Assembly: GCA_963721695.1 (NCBI GenBank)
Contig: CAVRKU010000011.1
Location: 1,014-65,013 of the forward strand
Direction: 5' to 3'
DNA: 64,000 nucleotides
Source: an uncultured Microthrixaceae bacterium
GTDB lineage: Bacteria; Actinomycetota; Acidimicrobiia; Acidimicrobiales; VFJN01
Part shown: piece by piece, positions 11,255-20,714 of the stretch
Layout: every line of letters starts with the position of its first letter
Position numbering within the stretch: position 1 is the stretch's first letter
Program-made: the position numbers and the translations under genes
Notes under the pieces: generated by a model
Told to the model about the DNA's origin: nothing
The model's database searches: none
What the model saw: only the letters and a program-made list of their open reading frames with translations

Positions 11255-13974
11255 TCAGCTCCGGAGCATGCCCTCCAGCTCCCGGTGGCACAGGTCGACG
11301 ATCTGGGCGTCGGTGAGGAACCGGACCCGACCGCGGATCTGGTCGAGCTCCTCGGCCCCGAGCCGCTCCCGGAGCCTTTCCTGCAGGTCGTCGACGGAGA
11401 GACCGGCCACACCGCCGAGGAGGTTCGGTCGGTCGACCACGGCGAGGAGCAGCACCGCGGCCGCCTCGTCCCGCCCCTGGATCGCGAGGACGCGGCTGGC
11501 GAGCAGGACTGCCTGCCACACCTGCCCGAACCCCCCCGCGCGTTCGAGGTGCCCGAGGAGATCGAGCGCCGTGGCGGCGGCCGAGGCGACGTCCCCCCGT
11601 TCGACCTGCACGCCCAGCTGCTCCATCAGCACGACGCCCTCGTTGAACCGGCTGCCGTTGGAGCGTGCCGCGGCGAGGGCCCGATCGAGCGCCGCCTCGG
11701 CACCGTCGAGGTCCGTCGGGCGCAGGGTCACCGCCTGGGCGTACGACGCCCAGTACAGGCACTCGGCGTTGCCGAGCTCCTCGGCGATCCGCATCGCCTT
11801 CGCGGCTGGCCGCACGGCCTGCTCGTGGAGCCCGACCGACGCGCTCCCGATGGCCTCGACCACGAGCGCGTTCACGATCCAGTACGGATCCCTGGTTGCA
11901 CGGCACTCCGCCGTGAGGCTCGGCAGATGCTCGAGCGCGGCGTCGTAGTCGCTGACGAACGCAGAGGCGTTGAGCAGCGCCGTCCGAGCCCAGATGGTCG
12001 ACACCGGACCCTCGGCCTGCTCGGCCGGGCCAAGGCCTCTGCGCCGGCGGTCAGCGCACGATCGTGATCGCCGCGGAACCATGCGCCGACCGCGATGACC
12101 CCACCGAGCTCGGCAGCCAGCGGATCCTCGTGCGGGAGCCGCCCCTCGAGACCAAGCGCCCACGTCTGCTGCTCCGTGCGCATCGAGAACATGCAGAACT
12201 CGTGGAGGGCGACCACGATGCGAACGGCGTCACGCCATCGTTCTCGCTCCACCAGCCGATTGACGGCCAACCGGAAGTCGTCGAACTGCTCGGCCATCAT
12301 GCGGGCCGCCACCGAACCTTCGCTGGTGCGGTACTGCCGGCCTCGCCGCTCGGCCTCTTCGACGAAGTGGATCGCGTGACGGGCTCGGAGGTCGTCGTCC
12401 ACTCGCCCGTGCTCCAACGAGTACTGCCTGACCGACTCGAGCTGCCGGTAGCGGGTCACGCCGCCGGATCGCTCGACGACGAGCAGCGAGCGCCGCGCGA
12501 GCGCGTCGAGCACGTCGCGGATCTCCGCATCAGGGACCCGGACGACGGACGCGATCGCATCTGCCGTCGCGAAGCCCGCGAACGCGGCCATCTCGTCGAA
12601 CACCGCCTGCTCTCGTTCCGACAGCGAGTCGTACGACGCGTCCAGGGCCTCCCGCAGCCCCCCGTGCCTCCCCCCTGCGAGGCGCCCGCCCGGCCGCTCG
12701 AGCGCGTCGAGCGACATGTCGAGCGCGGCGAGGAGCTCGTCAGGTGCCAGCCGCTCCAGCCCGGCCGCCGCGAGCTCCACGGCCAGGGGCAGGCCGTCGC
12801 ACCGGCGGCAGATCTCGAGGATGCTGGCCACGTCACCGTCCGTGAGCTCGAGCTCGGGGGCGACGGCACGCGCCCGCTCGAGGAGCAGCTGGACCGACGA
12901 GGCCTCCATGATCTCGGCGATCGTGGTGGCGTCCGCGGGCGCCAGCGTGAGGGGCCTCACCGGCCACACGAACTCCGACTCGACGCCCAGGCGCTCGCGC
13001 GACGTCGTCAGGACGGTCACCCGGGGACAGGTCGAGATGACCGCGTCCACAGCGGGAGCGACCGCTGGGAGCAGGTGCTCGCAGTTGTCGAGGACGACCA
13101 GGATGTCCGTCGAACGCAGCGCCCGGAGGATCCCCTCGACGACGGTCGACTCCTCGCTCACGTTCACCCCGAGTGCGGTCGCGATCGTGCCGGCGGCCGC
13201 GTCGATCCGGCGGCACGGCGCGAGATCGATGAACCGCACGCCGTTGTCACGCTCCCGCGCCACCTCCGTGGCCACACGCAGCGCCAGCCGGCTCTTGCCC
13301 ACACCGGGCGGTCCCACGAGGGACACCACCCGCCTCCGGCCGAGCTCCTGTTCGAGCAGCGGCGTCACGTCGCCGCGGCCGACGAGCCCGCTGCGCTCGA
13401 GGGGCAGCTGCTCGAGACCGACGTCTCGCGTCCGTAGTGGCGGGTGCTCGTTGTCGAGCCCGGAGACGGACAGCTGGTACAGCTGCTCGGGATCGATGAT
13501 CCCGTCGAAGTAGTGCTCGCCCACGTAGACGAGCGACACGCCCTCGTCGAGGTCATCGCGCACCAACGACGCCGTGGTGCCGGACAGGAGCACCTGGCCG
13601 CCGTAGGCCGACTGCTCCACCCGCGCGGCCTTGTTCACGGCCCGCCCGTAGTGGTCGCCGTCACGGGCGGAGCAGCTGCCCGTGTGCAACCCCATCCGCA
13701 CCCGGACCTGGTCCCCGGGCCAGTCCGTCGCGGCGAGCTCGCGCTGCGCCACGGCCACCGCGCGCACCGATTCGAGCGGATCGCCGAAGGTGGCGAAGAC
13801 GCCGTCACCGGTCTTCTTGACCACGCTTCCGTGGTGATCGGTGATGGCGCGCTGCAGGAGCTCGAAGTGGATCGCGACGGCCGCTTCCATCTTCTTCGAG
13901 TCCTGCTCCCACATCAGCGTGGACCCCTCGATGTCCGTGAAGAGCAGGGTCAGGACGACGGTGGTGCCCGTCAC
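11255..13974 (-). CDS. Class III adenylate/guanylate cyclase fused to an NB-ARC (STAND) ATPase and a helical/TPR-like C-terminal region; one frame change as sequenced
   Basis: GTG 13974 follows GGGGAGGG: (M)[24 protein letters not shown]...[12 protein letters not shown]...[25 protein letters not shown] (cyclase). Then LVGRGDV...[15 protein letters not shown]...[12 protein letters not shown]...[10 protein letters not shown] (NB-ARC). The helical repeats continue in ORF 11255..12163 after a missing G near 12030 (...TAGAEAL|[22 protein letters not shown]...). Confidence 0.8.
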
Positions 13975-15370
13975 GCCGGACCGATCCCTCCCCTGCCCCG
14001 GGAGATCACGGTGTCCTTCGAACCCACGCCGGGGAACACGAAGTTCGCCTGGGTGCGCGTCCTCCGCCCGCTCGCGGATGAAGTGGATGAAGGCGCGCCG
14101 GCTGATGTCGGTGGCGGCGATCCGCATGGTTCGCTCGATCAGGCCCGTGCCGGGGCGGTGCGCGGGGCCGCGGATGAAGCGCTCGACGCTGGGCCAGCGC
14201 ATCACGCTGTCGGGCAGACCGCCTCCGCCGAGCCCGAGGAGCTCGTGGGCGGTCGGGTGGACGAGGTAGCGCATGACGACGAGGGGCAGGCGGAGCAACC
14301 CCCGGGGCATCGCCTCCTGCAGCTCGTCGAGGAGCGCTCGCACGAGGATCTTCCCGTCGGCGTTGTCGAACGGGCCGGATTGCGTTCCCGGCACCGGGAG
14401 CGGCCAGACCCGTTCGCGGATCAGGTCCTGGAGCGCACGGGCCTCGGCGACCGACTGCGGTCGCAGCGGTCCTCGATATCCCCCTACCTGGAGCCTCCTT
14501 GGGCAAGCTGATCCCAGACGGCCTCGGTGCCGATGCCCAGCAGCTCGCCGACCCGGTCCCACAGCATGAGGTAGGCGAGCTCGGCTTCGTCGTTCCAGGG
14601 CACGCCGAGCTTCTCCATGACCTCGAAGGTGGTCACCGTGAAGGTCCCCAGGGTGCCGAGCAGGTCCTCCTGGTTGATCGGGACGCCGCGCAACGTCGTC
14701 TGGACGCGCCGGCACCAGGCCGCGGCGATCCCTTGCGCTTCCACGCCCACGTTCTTGCTGCTTCAGCAGCAGCTCGCGGATGACCGCATGGGTCAGGCGA
14801 GTGGTGCGGACCCTCCTGAACCCCGCCCGTCCACGGGAGCGCTGGGATCGGTGCGAAGGCCCCTTTGGCCAGCAGCTCATGGTCCGATCGCCGTCCGGGA
14901 ACAGCACGTCGACGACGAGCTGTGCTGTCTCACCGATGCGCCGCCGTGCGTTGCTGCTCAGCTCGCCCGTGGCGGCCAGGACCGAGGCACCAACGGCCGC
15001 GGCGTACGCGTTGGGGATCGAGGCCAGGAGGAGCGACGCGCCGATCTCGCCCGCCGTAGGCGGCGAAGAGGCTGTGGGCGATCTCGAGCTGCCGTGGGTC
15101 GAGTGGCGTGATGGTCGGCTTCGGTCCAGTACGGATCAGCCTTCCCCACCGTGGCCGGCCTCGCTCCGTGGGCGACCGACGCCAGGTGCGGAGGAGCCGG
15201 ATCTCATGGGGGACCTCCAGCCGTCCGGGATCTTCCTTTGGCTCGTCCGCTGCGGGCCGCGCGTATGCGGTGCTCCTCCAGGCCCGCTTGCGATCCTTGT
15301 CGACCTCGTCGAGGGGCGGGTCGCCGATCTGGCGGAGCGCGTCGAGCAGCTCATGCGTCCAGACCGTCAT
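13971..15370 (-). pseudogene. MpaB/DUF2236-type oxygenase-like gene, disrupted by at least 4 frame changes as sequenced
   Basis: ATG 15370 follows GGAGGG-N6. The path is MTVWTHELLDALRQIGDPPLDEV...TITPLDPRQLEIAHSLFAAYGG|EIGASLLLASIPNAYAAAVGASVLAATGELSSNARRRIGETAQLVVDVL...VRTTRLTHAVIRELLLKQ|SKNVGVEAQGIAAAWCRRVQTTLRGVPINQEDLLGTLGTFTVTTFEVMEKLGVPWNDEAELAYLMLWDRVGELLGIG...|SVAEARALQDLIRERVWP...VVMRYLVHPTAHELLGL...|[25 protein letters not shown]. The family call comes from my memory of the GVPINQEDL and RxxETAQ blocks. Confidence 0.55.
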
Positions 15371-16875
15371 CTCGTGCCCTCCGTCGTCGCCGGGCGAGGT
15401 GCCGAGGTCGTCCGGCAACCAGGGCGTCCGAACGGCTTGCTCGAAGGGATCAGCGATCCGAAGGGATAGCCGATCGTTCCAGACCCGCACCACGTCCTCG
15501 TCGGTGAAGGGCTGCCAGAAGAGCGTGGGTCCTGCTGCCGGGAGCGCAGGAGGTTGGCCACGAAGTTCATGCGGTCGTCGAACCGTCGCCAGTCGCCGGC
15601 CCCCGCGCCGCGCCCGTCGCCGAGCGAGCGGTCGAACATGTCGAAGTAGCTTCTGCGCCGACGCCGAGAGCTCCTCCAGGTCGGGGGCGTAGAAGGGTCG
15701 TCGCCAGTCGCGTCGGGGGATGTCGCGGCCGAGGCGGATCGTCTCCGCTGGAAAGGCGACGACCATGACCTGATCGGTCATGACCCTCGCCCAGAGATCC
15801 GTGGCCACCGCCGCCGCACCGGCGATCCGACGACTCGAGTTGATCTGGGCGATGCGGCGAGGCACGCGCAGGCTCCGCTCGGCAAACGTGGCCAGCCGTG
15901 CCCTCCGCCTGAGCGGTGAGGTGGCGCGGGACGTGGTCGATCACCAGGGTCACCGCGTCGTCCAGGATCACCTGCTCGATCGGCGGCGATCCGAAGGGTC
16001 GCCTCGAAGATCAGGTTCGCCCTCCGCCGGTTTGCTTCCTCGGGCTTCTGCTCGGCGATCATCCGGCAGCATGGCGTCCTCGTAGAGGGCGAAGGCATCC
16101 CTGAGCTCCTTTTGGTGCCCGGCCCGGTCGGCGATGGCCGCCAGGACCCGCTCGTAGAAGAGCGGCTCGTTGATCCAGCTCCACGTCGCCCGAGCTGCCT
16201 GCGAACCTTGAGCTGCGTTTGCGTACGTGATCACCGCGTTGCCGCTCTTCGAGCGCCGGCGTCGTAGTCCATCTTCTGCTCGTCGAGCAGGAGCTGCGTC
16301 GAGCGTGGGTGGCGGCACGGCAGGGCCGTCGCCGCCCGGTAGCACCGCCGATGGCGGGGGTCGGCGCGTCGGGCCACGGGAGGTCAGCGAACCTCGTCTG
16401 CAGCAGCGCGTGGTACACGGACGCGAAGACCATCACCTGGCCGTAGGACAGCGCGGCGGCCACCCGGCGGTCATCCGCCGAGCGCAGGTTGAGCACCGCC
16501 GGCGTGAGCCGACGGCGAACCGACTGCGGCAGAGCCGACCGCGGTGCGGGGCGTCGCCTCCCCGAAGGTTGCGGCCCACCGTCAGCACCGCCCACTGGGC
16601 GATCGTGAACCAGTTCGCGTTGCAGGGCACGCGGTCCCGCTTCGGGATGCCGGGCCCTTCATCCGGCGTGAGCAGGTGGTGCATGCGCGCCGAGGTCAGC
16701 GAGTAGAGCAGGGCGACCTCCAGGTTGCGCAGCACGTCATCGGGATCGAGGGCGACCTGGATGACCTTCCTCGCGTCGATCTGCCGGGCCTCCCGGATGA
16801 CGATGCCGACCATCGGCTGCGCCGCGGCGCAAGAGGTGACCGCAATGCCTGCGCCGGCCCCATCCAGGCGGTCAT
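15367..16875 (-). pseudogene. ~500-aa protein of unknown function, disrupted by ~10 frame changes as sequenced
   Basis: Candidate ATG 16875 overlaps the upstream stop (ATGA). The path by peptide quality and GC3 is MTAWMG|GAGIAVTSCAAAQPMVGIVIREARQIDARKVIQVALDPDDVLRNLEVALLYSLTSARMHHLLTPDEGPGIPKRDRVPCNANWFTIAQWAVLTVGRNLRGGDAP|RSALPQSVRRRLTPAVLNLRSADDRRVAAALSYGQVMVFASVYHALLQTRFADLPWPDAPTPAIGG...TQLLLDEQKMDYDAG|SKSGNAVITYANAAQGSQAARATWSWINEPLFYERVLAAIADRAGHQKELRDAFALYEDAMLP|MIAEQKPEEANRRRANLIFEATLRIAA|IEQVILDDAVTLVIDHVPRHLTAQAEGTAGH|FAERSLRVPRRIAQINSSRRIAGAAAVATDLWARVMTDQVMVVAFPAETIRLGRDIPRRDWRRPFYAPDLEELSASAQK|YFDMFDRSLGDGRGAGAGDWRRFDDRMNFVANLLRSRQQDP|TLFWQPFTDEDVVRVWNDRLSLRIADPFEQAVRTPWLPDDLG... 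I recognise no domain. Confidence 0.4.
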
Positions 16876-17206
16876 GAGCCGAACATGGGGATGTCGCGCA
16901 CGACGTCACCATCCTCCGTGGAGCGGGGCCCGCGGGTCGGGGCGCCGAGCCCGGATCGCGCACCCAAGGGTCACCGGGTTCCTCGTCCAGCCGCGCTCGC
17001 CGCTCCTCGAGGATGTCCTCCGCGACGTCCACGAAGGTGCGGATGGCGCCGAGGATCCCGAGCGTGGCGTCGATCAAGCGGCCCGACGACTCGGGCGGCA
17101 GCAGCCGACCGGCGCGTCGGCGCCGGACCGGATCCTCCGGTCTGCGCAGGCGCTCGTAGAGATCGCCCCACAGATCTGCATCGTCAGGTCGACTTCGCAT
17201 GTTCAC
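16872..17206 (-). CDS. Small hypothetical protein (~110 aa), start coupled to the arsA-like stop; internal frame uncertain
   Basis: GTG 17206 overlaps the arsA-like TGA (GTGA): MNMRSRPDDADLWGDLYERLRRPEDPVRRRRAGRLLPPESSGRLIDATLGILGAIRTFVDVAEDILEERRARLDEE... A high-GC3 alternative frame ends ...TEDGDVVRDIPMFGS* at 16872-16874. Reaching it needs one frame change around 16900-16970. Confidence 0.3.
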
Positions 17207-18384
17207 CCCTCCACAAACACGACTTCGAGGTCGTCGCCGTCACGGCGCGCCGACTGGCCCTGCCAGGTCCGCAGGCCGTCGGGCAGCGGCACCAGACGTC
17301 GGTACGCGCCCGCGGTCACCACGAGATCGAGGTCGGTGCGACCGACCTTCACCTCCACGCCATCCAGACCGGGCAACGGCACGCGGAGCGTCACACGACC
17401 GTCCCCGCGCACGAACTGCAGCCCGGGTCGCGCCGAGCCCAGGACCGACGCAGGATCGGCATCGTCGTGGAGGTGCTTGCCCAGCAGGGCGAGGCGTGCG
17501 ATCCCGACCGGCTCCGATGCGTCGAGGGGTGCGTCGAGCCGAACCAGGGAGGCGAAGGTCTCGTCGATCACATCGAGCGCACGGCGTTGCCGCTCTCGCC
17601 ACTCGTCGAAGAACGGCCCCGAGTGCGTCTCGTCCACCAGACGGTTCACGATCAGGGCATCGACGGCGTAGCCGAACAAGGCAAGGTAGGCGTACGTGCG
17701 CCGGGTCTCCGCCACGACGACCTGCTCAGGAGTCGTCACCAGGCGCACGGTGGTGACGGACCGGTCGGCAAGGAGCTCCCGCACGCCGTCGAGCCCGGCG
17801 GCGAACCGGGAGAACGAGTCGAACAGGCCATCCTCGGCCAGCGGCATCGAGGTGGTGCGGCGGAGGATCGGACGGGTCACCTTCGCGACGCGGCGGTGGG
17901 TCGGGAACACGCGCTCGAGGTACCAACCGAGGATCTCGGGCAGGGCGAGCAGGCGCAGCGTCTCGGCGGTGGGTGCGCAGTCCACGACGATCAGGTCGTA
18001 GCGGCCGCTCGCCGCGTGGTCGCGGAGGTTCTCGAGCGCAAACACCTCATCGAGCCCAGGCAGCGAGGCCAGCTCGGCTGCGTCGATGGCGTCGGCGCCG
18101 GCCCAGCCGAGGAGCTCGACGAGGTAGCCCTTGATGTCCGACCACGACTCCTCGAGGCGTCGACGGCCGTCGAGCTGCTGGGCTTCGAGGCGAGGCGCCA
18201 CCTCCGTGACCGAGTGCCCGAGCGGTGCGTCGAGGACGTCAGCCAACGAGTGGGCAGCGTCGGTCGACAGGACGAGTGTGCGGTGGCCGCACTGCGCGGC
18301 GTGGACCGCGGTCGCGGCAGCGACCGTCGTCTTCCCGACGCCACCCTTCCCTGTCGTCAGGACGATGCGCACACGCCCCCCCAT
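17203..18384 (-). CDS. ArsA/Get3-family P-loop ATPase with an HSP20/CS-like C-terminal domain
   Basis: Intact 393-aa ORF with deviant Walker A LTTGKGGVGKTTVAAA, STDAAHSLADVL and DLIVVDCAPTAETLRLL. The C-terminal beta-rich segment is LQFVRGDGRVTLRVPLPGLDGVEVKVGRTDLDLVVTAGAYRRLVPLP. Confidence 0.85.
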   Translation of the reverse strand: MGGRVRIVLTTGKGGVGKTTVAAATAVHAAQCGHRTLVLSTDAAHSLADVLDAPLGHSVTEVAPRLEAQQLDGRRRLEESWSDIKGYLVELLGWAGADAIDAAELASLPGLDEVFALENLRDHAASGRYDLIVVDCAPTAETLRLLALPEILGWYLERVFPTHRRVAKVTRPILRRTTSMPLAEDGLFDSFSRFAAGLDGVRELLADRSVTTVRLVTTPEQVVVAETRRTYAYLALFGYAVDALIVNRLVDETHSGPFFDEWRERQRRALDVIDETFASLVRLDAPLDASEPVGIARLALLGKHLHDDADPASVLGSARPGLQFVRGDGRVTLRVPLPGLDGVEVKVGRTDLDLVVTAGAYRRLVPLPDGLRTWQGQSARRDGDDLEVVFVEG

Positions 18385-18561
18385 CGCGACCCGACTGGGT
18401 CACGCGGAGCGTAGTGGGCGAAGGCTCATCCATGGCCGTGAAAATGCTCGAGGTCACGCGCACGATTTTCGAGTCGCGACGGTCGCTGTCGTAGCGTGCG
18501 CACGTGGCCGAGCCGAGCCCCCTGATGCAGCTTCCCGGGATGTCGGAGTACCGCGACGCAG

Positions 18562-19509
18562 GTGGAGGTTGCGCTGACGAACGCGGTTGCGGCCGAGGAC
18601 GAGCTGATGACCCAGATGGGTGGGCACCTCATCACGGCCGGCGGCAAGCGGGCCCGGCCGCTCTTCACGGTGGCATCGGCCGCCGCCCTCGCCCAGGACC
18701 CGGCCGCGGTCGCCCGGGCGGTCACCCCCGAGGTGGTCCTCGGCGGCGTCTCGGTGGAGCTCGTGCAGGTCGGCTCGCTGTGCCACGACGACGTGATCGA
18801 CGAGGCCGAGACCCGGCGCGGCGTCGACAGCGTCAACGCTCGCTGGGGCAACCTCAAGGCGATCCTCGCGGGCGACTTCCTGCTCGCCAAGGCGTCCGAG
18901 ATCGCGGCCTCGCTCGGCACCGAGGTGGCGGCGCTGCTCGCGGCGACGATCGGGCGGCTCTGCGCCGGCGAGGTCAACGAGCTGCGCCACGCCTACGACC
19001 CCGCCCGCACGATCGAGTCGTACCTCGTCGCCATCGAGGGCAAGACGGCCGCGCTCTTCGCCACCGCCTGCCGGGTCGGTGGGATCGTCGGCGACCTGCC
19101 CCGCGATCACATCGACCGCCTCACCGACTTCGGGCTCCGCTACGGGATGGCGTTCCAGATCGTGGACGACGTGCTCGACGTCATCGCCACCGACGAGCAG
19201 CTCGGCAAGCCGGCCGGCCACGACATCGCGGAGGGCATCTACAACCTCCCGGTGCTCCACGCCCTCGAGGAGCTCGGCGGCGACCTCGGGACCCTCCTCG
19301 GCGGCCCCATCGACGGCGCCGACCTCGACACCGCTCGCCGCCTCGTCCGCACGTCGACGGGCGTCGACCGCAGCATCGACCTGGCCCGCCGCTACATCGA
19401 CGAAGCCGTCGACGTGCTGGCTCCCTTCGACGGCACACCCTCGGCCGTCGCGCTGGCCGGCGCGGCCACCCACCTCCTCGTCGGCGTGGAGGAAGTGCTC
19501 GCGGCGTAG
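18562..19509 (+). CDS. Polyprenyl diphosphate synthase (trans-isoprenyl diphosphate synthase family)
   Basis: 315-aa ORF starting at GTG 18562 (an in-frame TGA at 18523 limits the 5' end). It has GGKRARP, first DDxxD LCHDDVIDEAETRRG and second DDxxD FQIVDDVLD. Confidence 0.85.
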   Translation: MEVALTNAVAAEDELMTQMGGHLITAGGKRARPLFTVASAAALAQDPAAVARAVTPEVVLGGVSVELVQVGSLCHDDVIDEAETRRGVDSVNARWGNLKAILAGDFLLAKASEIAASLGTEVAALLAATIGRLCAGEVNELRHAYDPARTIESYLVAIEGKTAALFATACRVGGIVGDLPRDHIDRLTDFGLRYGMAFQIVDDVLDVIATDEQLGKPAGHDIAEGIYNLPVLHALEELGGDLGTLLGGPIDGADLDTARRLVRTSTGVDRSIDLARRYIDEAVDVLAPFDGTPSAVALAGAATHLLVGVEEVLAA

Positions 19510-19604
19510 TCATGGGCGCCCCTCTCGGGGCGCGGGCTTCGCCCATCCGGGTGTCACTGCGGCTGCTCCGCCTGGCGGCTGCGCAGCTCTCGTACGGTGG
19601 GCGC

Positions 19605-20702
19605 ATGCCGGGGGGACGCGAGGATGCGCTGGTCCGGGGGCTCCTCACCGGCATCGCGGCCTTTCGGTGGCTCGCGTGGGCGTGGATGGCGTTCGTCCTG
19701 CTCGTCTCCCGCGACGAGCTCGACGGTGGCCGGCCCTGGTTGGCGGTGGGTCTCGTCGGGGCGGCGCTCGTCGTCACGGCGGTCGACGGCGTCCTCGTGC
19801 GCACCGACCCTGACCGACTGCTCACGACGGCGGTGATCGTGGCCGAGCTCGCGGTCGGGTTCGCGTTGGGCGCCGGAGACGACTGGGCGTTCGCCGGCGA
19901 CCATCCGCAATCGCTCGGCTCGGTGTGGCCGCTCGCCGGGGTCCTCACCGCCGGAGTGAAGTGGGGCGGTCGCGGCGGTGCCATCGCCGGCGCGGTCGTG
20001 GGCCTCGGCCGGCTGTTCGGCGACCTCGTCGAGGTGCGGAACACCGAACCGATCGGCGACCTGACCGTGACGGCGTCGTCGACGTTCGTGCTCTACGCGC
20101 TCGCCGGCGGGGTGGCCGGCTACGCGGCGGTGAAGCTGCGCGAGGCCGAGCGAGAGATCTCGATGGTGCAGGCGCGCGAGGAGGTGGCCCGCACGTTGCA
20201 CGACGGCGTGCTGCAGACGCTCGCCGTCGTCCAGCGACGGGCATCGGATCCAGACCTCGTCCGATTGGCCCGCGACCAGGAGCGCGAGCTCCGCGAGTAC
20301 CTCTTCGGGCTGGAGCCGCCCGGCGGCGAGCTCGGCCCGCGGCTGCGGCAGGCGGCGGCGCGCTTCGAGGACCACTTCGACGGCCGCGCCCAGGTGGTGG
20401 TGGCCGACGACCTGCCCAAGCTGTCCGACGATCGGGTGGAGGCGCTGGCCGGTGCCGTGTCGGAGGCGCTGACCAACGCGGGGAAGCACGGCGGGGCCCG
20501 ATCGGTGACCGTCTACGCCGAGCCCGCCGCCGACGGACGGGTGTTCTGCTCGGTCAAGGACGACGGCACCGGCTTCGGGCCCGACGCCCCCGAAGGGGTG
20601 GGACTCAGCCGGTCGATCCGGGGGCGGGTCGGCGACGTCGGCGGACGCGTCGAGGTGGACGGCAATCCCGGGAGGGGCACCGAGGTGCGGCTGTGGGTGT
20701 AG
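19605..20702 (+). CDS. Sensor histidine kinase, HisKA_3/NarL-partner type, with a multi-TM N-terminal region and no obvious periplasmic domain
   Basis: 3' part of ORF 18504..20702 (the 5' part is out-of-frame overlap with the synthase gene). ATG 19605 gives MPGGREDALVRGLLTGIAAFRWLAWAWMAFVLLV...; ATG 19512 is an alternative start. H-box EVARTLHDGVLQTL. ATPase motifs EALTNAGKHG, DDGTGF and GVGLSRSI. Confidence 0.8.
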   Translation: MPGGREDALVRGLLTGIAAFRWLAWAWMAFVLLVSRDELDGGRPWLAVGLVGAALVVTAVDGVLVRTDPDRLLTTAVIVAELAVGFALGAGDDWAFAGDHPQSLGSVWPLAGVLTAGVKWGGRGGAIAGAVVGLGRLFGDLVEVRNTEPIGDLTVTASSTFVLYALAGGVAGYAAVKLREAEREISMVQAREEVARTLHDGVLQTLAVVQRRASDPDLVRLARDQERELREYLFGLEPPGGELGPRLRQAAARFEDHFDGRAQVVVADDLPKLSDDRVEALAGAVSEALTNAGKHGGARSVTVYAEPAADGRVFCSVKDDGTGFGPDAPEGVGLSRSIRGRVGDVGGRVEVDGNPGRGTEVRLWV

Positions 20703-20714
20703 AAGAATCCGCTG

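Noticed and set aside
14484-14486. In-frame TAG as proof that the MpaB-like gene is a true pseudogene
   Set aside because: Whether the real coding path passes through this codon depends on where the neighbouring frame change is placed. An alternative path (..LQVGGYRGPLRPQSVAEA..) avoids it.
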